Assembly (NCBI RefSeq): GCF_000142905.1
Contig: NW_013657667.1
Span: 497,052-561,051, forward strand
Reading direction: 5' to 3'
Length of the DNA: 64,000 bases
Source: Thecamonas trahens ATCC 50062
Taxonomy: Eukaryota; Protista; Apusomonadida
Below are positions 51,818-60,600 of this stretch, one piece after another (the first letter of the stretch is position 1; each line of letters begins with the position of its first letter). The notes beneath the pieces are model-generated. The model ran no database searches. It was not told the DNA's origin and saw only the letters and a list, made by a program, of their open reading frames with translations. The position numbers and the translations under genes are program-made.

Positions 51818-54800
51818 TCAGACACGGCAGAACTCGTCCTCCGGCAGGGCGGCGATGAGGTCCTTGACCTCGGCCATTGTTGGTCGATCTGCGGCGAGCG
51901 GCGCCCACGCCCTGCCGAGCACCGCGCCGAGCCGCGGGCCGCACCCGCCGTACGGGACGTTCCCAGCCATGATCTTCTGCGCCACATCGAGCGGCGACTC
52001 CCCGGTAAACGCCCTCTGCCCAGTCACGACCTCGTACACCGTGGACGCGTACGAGAAGACATCGGTGGCCGACGTGTCTGCACTGCTCCCGGCGAGCACC
52101 TCAGGCGAAGAATATATGATGGATGACGTTGACGAGAGCACAGAGAGTGTTCCGCGGAGCGCAGAGAGCCCAGCGTCGGTGAGCGTCACCCGCGACCCGC
52201 CCGAGTCGTAGAGCATGACGTTGGACGGCTTGACCGAGCCATGGACGAAGTTGTCAGCGTGGAGCGAGGCCAGCGTCTCGGCGAGCGCCACCGCAACTCG
52301 CCGCGCAAACGCGCCACCGACCCGCCCAGCATCCACCGCCGCCGCCAGCGAGCCATGTTCCACCAACGGGTAGATGATGCCGAGGCACGGCTTGAATGGG
52401 CAGATGGCGAGCGGGTGGACCACAAGGTCCTTCTCCGACTGGTGAGACATTCGGAAGACAGAGGCCATCGCCGCTACAAGCTCCACCACGTCCTGCGGCC
52501 CGAGATCCTGCTCGGAGAGGAGCTTGACGAGCACAGCCTGCCCGTCGATGTCCGAGATGCAGATCCGCGCAAACGAGCCCATGCCGACCTCGGTGGCGTG
52601 GGCGAGAACGCGGATCATTTCCGGAAGCGCGATGAGAATGGGCGAGCCACACCCGAGCTCCGGCAGCGAGAGCGTTTGGTTGGCAAACATATGCTTGGTC
52701 GTCTCGGCTCGCGCACAGCCGCGACCGCGAGCCGAATCGATTTTTGCTTCCCTATCCTGCCGCTGGCCAGAGGCAATCCGTGGAGACGCCTCGCTCACTA
52801 ACGAGACCACGCCCCAGTAGCCCAGAGCTTCGGCTCCTCCACCATTTGCCCTCGGCAGCTCTCCCGACACGCGAGAGACCCGCGGCGTTGCCACATCCAG
52901 CAGCTTTCGGAACTTGAGGTTTGAGACCGGGAGTTCCCTGTTGGCACGGGGCCGCCTCGACACACCCGACCCGCGTCGAGAAGCCGAGAGGGTGTACGAG
53001 CCCGAGCCGCGGGTCGAGCCCGTCCCACCATCGGTCCCCTCGCCCATCGAGTCGGACGAAAAGTTGGGAAACTGCTGCGCTGACGCGGTCAGCGCACACA
53101 GCGTGGCCTCAACAGCGTCGCCCAGCCCGGGAGCCACAAACACACCACTCGCCGCTGACGGTGCCGTCGTCGACACGAGCTCATCGACAACTGGACCTCG
53201 AAACGCGAGATATGTTCCGGAAAACGGTCTGCTTAGACTGCGGTTGAGGGTCTCGATCCGCCCGTCGGCGGCCACCACTCGGGCCTCGACTCGCGTTCCG
53301 GAGAGCGCCGCAAGAAACTTGGAGGTAAAGGCCACAAAGTGGCACGGCAACGGAAAGACAACCAGGACATGAGTAAGCGTCCAGTCAGCAACCCTGCCCT
53401 GTATCTCAGGAGCGTTCTGAAGCAGATGGCCAATGGTTCGGTGAAAAGTGGTCAGTGCCGCGTGAGTCTCCTCGAGCGCCGCGGTCACAGCCTGCGCGTT
53501 TTCGGTGACTGAGATAAGCGCGGCAACGACGTGGCCCTCAGGCCGGGCAATGGTTGTCGGGAGAACCACCGAGGAGCGCGAGTACAGCCCCCGCAACTGA
53601 GCCGCAAGCCGCGAGAAGCTTGGCCGTTCTTCAGGCTCATGCTCCCACGCTGCTGTCATCAGCGGCACGTACGCCTCACCCCACTCGGGCACAAGTCCGA
53701 GCAGCGGCCGGCGGACGGCGGCCGCAACGTCATTGGCTGCCACCACCGGGTGTGTCCCCTTGTATGGCTCGGTCCGCGTCAGCATCTCCCACATCGTAAT
53801 GCCAAAAGCATAGACATCGGCCGCCGGCGAGAGTCCGGCCTCACCGTCGACCACCACCTCGGGTGCGACCCAAAGGAGCGATGAGAGGTTGTCGCCGGCC
53901 ACAGCTGGCATCTTGGCGGCGTTTGCATCCAGAAACGACGCGTCCGACGGCGAAGGCATGATCGAACCTTGTTCTGACATGCTCACTTCAGAAAGCCGTG
54001 AGTGCAGCGGGCTCCGCGACGTATTTGCGCCATCAGCGAGAACGGCAATCGGTCGGTGCGCGCCGTACGCCGCAGCCTTAATTCGCGGAATACCCACGTC
54101 GGCGAGCTTGGGTACCCACCCGGCGTCAAGCAAGATGTTGGGCGATTTGAGGTCCGAGTGGATGGCGCCGGCCTGGTGCAGAAAGTCGACGCCAAGTGCA
54201 ATACAGTGCATCCACCAGCCGAGAAGCGACTGCGGGAGGTTGAACTCGGCGTTGTGCAAGATGGCATGGAGCGAGCCGCGAGGTAGAAACTCGGTCACAA
54301 TGCCGCGTGCCTCGACGTCGGCGCCCATGAACATGACAATGTTTGGATGCCGGAGCATGGCGAGCGACATGAGCTCGGCCACAAACTCGAGGTCAGAGAG
54401 CCTGGGGCCAGCGCCGGACTGGCCCTCGCGGACGCGCTTGACCACTACCGGCGAGCCGCGCCACTGTGCCTCAAACACAGTGCCAAACGAGCCGGTCCCT
54501 ATTACGTTGCCAATTCTGAGCTCGTGGCTCGGGATGATGATCGAGTGCGAAGGGAGCGCCGATGCCGGGACCGTCACACGCTCGTGCTTCCGGCTTGACC
54601 ACAGCACAATGCCGGCCACAAGAGCGCAGACGCAGATAACCACCAGTGGAACAGTGATTGCCGCAGCAAGCGCCCCGGTCGACAAGACCGGCTCATCGCT
54701 TGCGCCACAACCGGGGCCAATACATACCTGCGAGAGCGGGAGCGCGCCGCACGTACACGTTGCCAGATTTGCAGCAACGGCGGTGAGCGTCGCGTTGGTC

Positions 54801-57145
54801 AGCGGCGCAAAGAAGAGCGAGCGGAGGAGCGCCCGTGTATCGCTTGATGCCAGTGCCCAGCGAAGGTAGTCAAAGGCAGCTCGGCGCTTGGCACAAACCG
54901 CCGTCGACGAGCACTCAAAGACCCAGTACGTGTACCCCACCAGAGGCCACGCCAGCGGCACAGGCTGATCCACCAGCGTCTTGACGAGTGGAAGCAGTGC
55001 GTTGGTCGCCGGAACATTGACTGCATTCGCTGCCGCAGCCCTCACTGTCAGCGGCGTGGCGTCGACTACGTCGCCGGCGGCATTGATCAGCGATGCGAAC
55101 CGGAGTGAGAGTGCCGATGCCATGTGTCCGCTTGCGTAGCCGAGGCCCGAAGTCTCAAACGCAAACTCGTAGACGAGCGCACCCATCGTGGAGTGTTCGA
55201 CCAGGCATGGCACTGGCCAGTCGCCGGCTTGGGCAAGCTGAGCCAGCGCCGCTGCGTCGGACGAGAACGACGCCAGTGCGTCGAGAAGGATGCGCGTCTC
55301 ACCTGACATCTCCGCCGCAGCAGGCGTGAGGACATGGATGCAGATGGTGGAGTTGGGAAGCCAGGGCGCAAGCTCCGGATTAAGCGCCACAATCTGTGAG
55401 TCGGCCCACTGGGTGACACGGCCGAGATAGATGTCGGCAACGACGTGGCGCGAGAGCACGAGCCGCGTGAGCGTGGTCGGCGCACCTGTGCGAAATGGAA
55501 TGACATACGGTAGAACAACAGCAGCGGCGGCAAACGGGACGGCAGCAAGGCCTGGACGCGCCGTGAGATGGTTTTCAAGCGGTGGGAGCTCGGTCGAGGC
55601 AAAGACCGCGCGTCGGGTGACGAGTTCGTCGAGCCCGTCGAGTGAGGAAGAGCGCGAAAACTCAACGCGCGAGCCAAACATAGCGTTGTACACCTCAACC
55701 GATTGCTCAAGGGCTGAAGCCGCGAGTGGTGAGCCCGAGCCTACAATGAGCTCGCTCGAGCCGTCAGCAATGTACTCGCCGTTGCAGTTGGCGAGGTAGA
55801 TCTCGCGGTCGAGCGCCGAACGTGCCATCGACGGCACCACGCGTGTCCCGTACAGCCAGGCTCGCTCAGAGACGATGAGCGAAGAGAGTGCACGTCGGAT
55901 GCCGTTCGCTGTCTGGCGCATCAGCTCGCACGTCTCGCGCGGAACCTTGGTGGCCAACGTCGGAATGGCGAGCCACTCGCCATGCGTCAGCGGCCAGGCA
56001 CGGGGCAGCGGAGCAAGGAGCACGTTGACGTTTGGCGACGCCAGCGTCGACGCAGCAACTTCTACACTCTGCTCCGAGACTTGTACATGCCCACCAGTGC
56101 CATCGATCATGGTGGCGACAAAGAGATCGCGCGAGACGCCGGTGGCGACAAAGGCTTCCGAAGTTACAATGGTGAATGAGTACGGTGTCCGTGGAATGGC
56201 GCGGGTGGCAGCCAGGAGCGCGAGCCACGCATTTGTAGGCTCGTTGCTATTACTTATGTACATCACGTTGGTTGAGGTGCCGAACGGGACTTGATTCGGA
56301 GGGAGGTTGGAGAAGAGCGACGCGTTGTACGTCCCGCGCTCCTCCATCACCGAGAGCATGTCGCGGACGACTAGGTCCTCGACAAACGGCAATATCGCAC
56401 GGATAAGGACAACGTGATGGTCGGGCAGTGCAAGGCCTGGATTGACAGCCGCGATGCGCGGGTCATCCCACCTCGTGATCGAGCCGTGCCAGAGAGCGGC
56501 GACGAGTTCGGCGTCGAGAACGAGGCCAGGCATGAAGCCGGGTACATTGACCATCGGCACAATGTAGGAGACAGCAATTGGCATGTATGAGATCCGGGTC
56601 CAGTCAGTCCCATGTGTTCCGGTCTCGGCGCAAAGAACCTCTGAGCGGCGCGCCGCGTCGGTGGCGAGCGTGTCAGCGCCGCCGCCATCACCGCCACCAG
56701 ACGTCGACGATGACGGCGGCGGCGGCGGCGGAGCGACATGCGTATCCGCCAGGCCCTTGCAAGCATCCAGGAGAACACGGCGCGAAGCCGAGACAACGAT
56801 GGAGACTCGTCGTGGTTCGTCCGGCGAAAACGGCTGCCGCCGGTTGGCGTTGTTGTCGCGCACGAGGCCGAGCGGCGGCTCGCCGCGGGCTGTGGCATGG
56901 AGCTCAGCAAGAGCATCAGGAATGGCTGCACCTTGAAAGTGCGGCTGCCACGTCGACCGAATGAGCCGCGAGGCAAAGCGCGCAAGGCCGGTGCCCGATG
57001 AGAAGCCCGCCGCAATCGAGGTAAAGTACTCGACCTCTGTCTCGGGGGGTCCAGAGTCGGCTGAGTGCGCCAAGTGGGCCAAGACGACGAGTGCGACAGC
57101 GGCGAGACAGACCGTCTGTGGTGCCCTCCACACCGCCTTACCCAT
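51818..57145 (-). CDS. Receptor kinase A: signal peptide, two PstS-like domains (degenerate), TM, TKL kinase, cyclase-like domain, pseudokinase
   Basis: ITRWDDPRIAAVNP and IYLGRVTQWADSQIVALNP (PstS-like); TM ITVPLVVICVCALVAGIVLW; GTGSFG, HSDLKSPN, DVG, APE; second kinase HGSVKPSN. Confidence 0.9.
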   Translation of the reverse strand: MGKAVWRAPQTVCLAAVALVVLAHLAHSADSGPPETEVEYFTSIAAGFSSGTGLARFASRLIRSTWQPHFQGAAIPDALAELHATARGEPPLGLVRDNNANRRQPFSPDEPRRVSIVVSASRRVLLDACKGLADTHVAPPPPPPSSSTSGGGDGGGADTLATDAARRSEVLCAETGTHGTDWTRISYMPIAVSYIVPMVNVPGFMPGLVLDAELVAALWHGSITRWDDPRIAAVNPGLALPDHHVVLIRAILPFVEDLVVRDMLSVMEERGTYNASLFSNLPPNQVPFGTSTNVMYISNSNEPTNAWLALLAATRAIPRTPYSFTIVTSEAFVATGVSRDLFVATMIDGTGGHVQVSEQSVEVAASTLASPNVNVLLAPLPRAWPLTHGEWLAIPTLATKVPRETCELMRQTANGIRRALSSLIVSERAWLYGTRVVPSMARSALDREIYLANCNGEYIADGSSELIVGSGSPLAASALEQSVEVYNAMFGSRVEFSRSSSLDGLDELVTRRAVFASTELPPLENHLTARPGLAAVPFAAAAVVLPYVIPFRTGAPTTLTRLVLSRHVVADIYLGRVTQWADSQIVALNPELAPWLPNSTICIHVLTPAAAEMSGETRILLDALASFSSDAAALAQLAQAGDWPVPCLVEHSTMGALVYEFAFETSGLGYASGHMASALSLRFASLINAAGDVVDATPLTVRAAAANAVNVPATNALLPLVKTLVDQPVPLAWPLVGYTYWVFECSSTAVCAKRRAAFDYLRWALASSDTRALLRSLFFAPLTNATLTAVAANLATCTCGALPLSQVCIGPGCGASDEPVLSTGALAAAITVPLVVICVCALVAGIVLWSSRKHERVTVPASALPSHSIIIPSHELRIGNVIGTGSFGTVFEAQWRGSPVVVKRVREGQSGAGPRLSDLEFVAELMSLAMLRHPNIVMFMGADVEARGIVTEFLPRGSLHAILHNAEFNLPQSLLGWWMHCIALGVDFLHQAGAIHSDLKSPNILLDAGWVPKLADVGIPRIKAAAYGAHRPIAVLADGANTSRSPLHSRLSEVSMSEQGSIMPSPSDASFLDANAAKMPAVAGDNLSSLLWVAPEVVVDGEAGLSPAADVYAFGITMWEMLTRTEPYKGTHPVVAANDVAAAVRRPLLGLVPEWGEAYVPLMTAAWEHEPEERPSFSRLAAQLRGLYSRSSVVLPTTIARPEGHVVAALISVTENAQAVTAALEETHAALTTFHRTIGHLLQNAPEIQGRVADWTLTHVLVVFPLPCHFVAFTSKFLAALSGTRVEARVVAADGRIETLNRSLSRPFSGTYLAFRGPVVDELVSTTAPSAASGVFVAPGLGDAVEATLCALTASAQQFPNFSSDSMGEGTDGGTGSTRGSGSYTLSASRRGSGVSRRPRANRELPVSNLKFRKLLDVATPRVSRVSGELPRANGGGAEALGYWGVVSLVSEASPRIASGQRQDREAKIDSARGRGCARAETTKHMFANQTLSLPELGCGSPILIALPEMIRVLAHATEVGMGSFARICISDIDGQAVLVKLLSEQDLGPQDVVELVAAMASVFRMSHQSEKDLVVHPLAICPFKPCLGIIYPLVEHGSLAAAVDAGRVGGAFARRVAVALAETLASLHADNFVHGSVKPSNVMLYDSGGSRVTLTDAGLSALRGTLSVLSSTSSIIYSSPEVLAGSSADTSATDVFSYASTVYEVVTGQRAFTGESPLDVAQKIMAGNVPYGGCGPRLGAVLGRAWAPLAADRPTMAEVKDLIAALPEDEFCRV

Positions 57146-57608
57146 TGTATACGGACGAGGGGGTAGGAAGGCTAGTAGAGCGGTTGTGGCGGACAACGAG
57201 ATAGGTGGAGCAAACAACGAACTACTTGCTTGACTTCATGTGCTAGGAGCGACGAACACTGCGTGAGCCGCAGGTCGTGCGTTTGCGGCTTAGCGTGCTG
57301 ACATGTCCCAATATTTTTAGATTGGGGTCCCGTCCCAACCATGGCTCGACTGCAAAACAGCAGAGTCCGCGCCTCACTGGAGTGACAGCGTTGTCCGGGG
57401 CTTGGAAGTTCACGAGCGTGCAAAGTGGGCAAGGGTAGCGGGCTGATACGGTTGCCGGCTGGTACGGTTGTCGGCTACTTGGTGAGGAGGGGGTGGGGGG
57501 AGGTTGGGGGGTTGGGGGGGGTTGCTTGACTGCAAATGTTCCACACTTAGCTTTGGCAGACAGTCAGATTGGCATACAAAACAACGATATTCCACCTGTC
57601 TCTCGCCT

Positions 57609-60600
57609 ATGCGGCTCAAAACAGCGTTTGTGCTCACACTCCTTGCCGCACTTGCTGTTGCGAGTACAAGGGGTAAGCAGCCAGCTTGGGAACGAGACAA
57701 CGCCAGCGACGATGGTAGCGACAACAACGACGGGAGCTTTTCCGTCACCGCCGCACATGTCCAAGTCGGCGAGGTGCTTGCGGGCGTGACGGTTGCATCA
57801 CGTTTGGCAGAGTTTGCTGGCCGAGCGGCCATTATTGGTGAAAACGGAATAAGCGGCACAGCATGGAAGCCGAAGTTGAGGGCGACGTCGTTTGACGAGG
57901 GGCTCGACCTCTTGCTGGCCAACTTGCCGACTGCGGTGAGCAATGGACCATGGAAGCCGAATGCCGAGGTTGGCTTGGAAGATGCGGCCGCTTTGGCGGC
58001 GGGAGGCGAGGCGCCGTCGTTTGTGACTGCGGCGCTCGGGACGGCAGTGGGGACGCGGGACGTTGTTGACCGCAAGTGTGCGGGACTCGGGTTGAGCAAG
58101 TGCGGCGAGATGCTGGAGATTTTCCCATGGGCACTCTCACACCTGATTCCAACGATCAACTTGCCTGGCGTCGGCTCGTCGCTTGTTCTCGACTTACACT
58201 TGCTCCACGAGATTCTCTTGGGCGAGATTACAATGTGGAACGACCCGGAGATTGCGGAGCTGAACCCCGGCCGGCTGCTCCCAAGCTCACCCATTACGCT
58301 CATCTCGTACCCCGAGCTCGCGATCACTGATGTGTTTGAAGCCTTGCTTACCAACGATACCCACGACGAGGCGCCGCTGTTCTCGTCGTCGAACACGATC
58401 GAGACGGAGGATGCGATAGCGGCAGCGTCGATGCTGTTCGCGACGAGCAACTCACTGGCTATCCTCACGTCGCAGACGGTAACTCAGGGTGGATACACGC
58501 GACTTGTCATCCCCAAGTTGATCAATGCTGCTGGCGTGGTGGTGTCTTATAGCGAGCGGAGCGTGACGGCAGCGGCGGCGTTGCTCGACGACGACGCGTC
58601 CGAAGCGCTCAACTCGAAGGCCGAGGACGCGTGGCCGCTTGTCTTTACCGAGTGGATGGTCATGCCTTCCAAGATCCAAGGTGTGGATCCTCAATTTTGC
58701 AGCGCCATGGTCTCAAGCATGTCAGGAGTCAAGTTCCTCATCTCGTCGCTCTTTATTACCGAGCGGCTGTGGCTGTACGGGCATGTGCCGCTGCCGCGTG
58801 CGCTGCGCTCGATTGTGGTGCAGCGGTTGCAACAGTTTGAGTGTAATGGAGTAGAGCTGGCGGTATCTGTCGACCGGGTAGACGGCGCCGGCGCGACGTT
58901 TCCTTCAAACGTCTACGTCCAGGCCATTGAGTTGTTCAACGTCCTCACCTCGTCGCAACTCTCGTATTCTCCCGTTGGCTCTGGAACAGGCAAGGCAAGG
59001 CTGGTGGCTGGCCAGATGCTGTTTGCCGGCTCTGACTCGGCGCTCTCGGACGCAGACCTCAACGCGGTCCCCACTCTTGTGCAGCTACCCTCGCTTGCCG
59101 GCGCAGTGGCCATCTCGTACAAGATCAAGATGACTTCCGATGCACCGGCGTTGGTGCCGACGCTTGTGCTCTCGCGATCTGCGCTTGCCGACATTTACCG
59201 TGGCGCGATTACGGCGTGGAACCATCCGCAGATCGAGGCGCTCAATCCAGGCCTCGCGCCGTACTTGACCAATGCGACAATTTGCATCCACGTGGTCGAC
59301 TTTCGGTCAGGAACCACGGGTATTCTCACGGCGGCACTCTCGACTTTTTCGCCAGCGTGGGCGGCAACGATTGGCGAGACTACGTACATCGACGAGTGGC
59401 CGGCCGAGCGACCAGAGACGGGTGGTTGCGTGGTGCGCCACCCAACCAAGACGTCGCTCGTGAACGGCATGTTTGCGGATCCAAACGCCATTGGCTACTC
59501 CAATCTCGAGCGGGCACAGCGACTTGGTGTCCCACTCGCCTCGCTAGTCAACCGGGCAGGAACGACGGTCGAGGCCTCAGCGGCCACGGTCCAGTCGGCG
59601 ATTATCGACGCCCAAGACCGGAATGCGCCCAACTCGCGGCTTCCGTACGTCAAGCCGCTGGCTAATGGCGGCTCGCAACTCTCGTGGCCGATTTCGGGCT
59701 ACACGTACTTTGTCATGGACTGCCACGCGAAGAGCAACTGCGACAAGTTACGGCAAGCAGCCAAGTTTTACCAGTGGCTTGTCACGTCACCGGACGCGTC
59801 CGTCATTGCGTCGTCGCTCGGCTTTGCCGCGCTGCCCAACGTGACCACAATGCTGACGGTGGGCGAGCTCGAGCGCTGCACCTGCGGCGGCCGCCCGCTT
59901 TTGGATCCGTGCTCGGACGGGCTCTGCGCAGACGCAGCCACATCGACAGGAATCTCTGCGGGGACGATTGTGGCGATTTTGGTTCCGCTGGTGGTGATGG
60001 TTGTGGTGTGCGGCGTGCTCGCCGCCGTCTGGATCCACTCGCGGTCCCGTGACGTGGTGTTCAAGCTGGAGGTTGACGAGGACATCCTTGTGGCCAATGA
60101 GGAGCTTGAGCTAGGCAGTGCAATTGGGACCGGTTCGTTCGGAACTGTGTACCTGGCGCACTGGCGCGGCTCACCGATGGCCATCAAGTACATGCACGGG
60201 CTGGAGGAGAACACGGCCCGACTGGCCGAGTTTGTGGACGAGGCCTCGGTCCTGCTCAAGCTCCGACACCCACACATTGTGCTGTTTATGGGCGTTGTGC
60301 TCGAGCCGGCCGGCATCGTTACCGAGTTCCTCCCGCATGGCTCGCTTTACACAGTCCTGCACAACTCGGAGTTGCAGATCGAGCGCAACCTCGCGCTGTG
60401 GTGGATGCACTGCATTGCCATGGGCCTGGACTTTCTGCACCACGGTGGCATGGTCCACCGCGACATGAAGTCGCTTAACGTCCTACTCGATGCGGGATGG
60501 GTGCCCAAGATCTGCGACTTTGGCCTCTCGTCGTGCAGTGAGTCTTCAGCATCCATGTCGCTCTCGAGGAAAGAGCAGTCAAGGCGGGCACGCAAGCTCA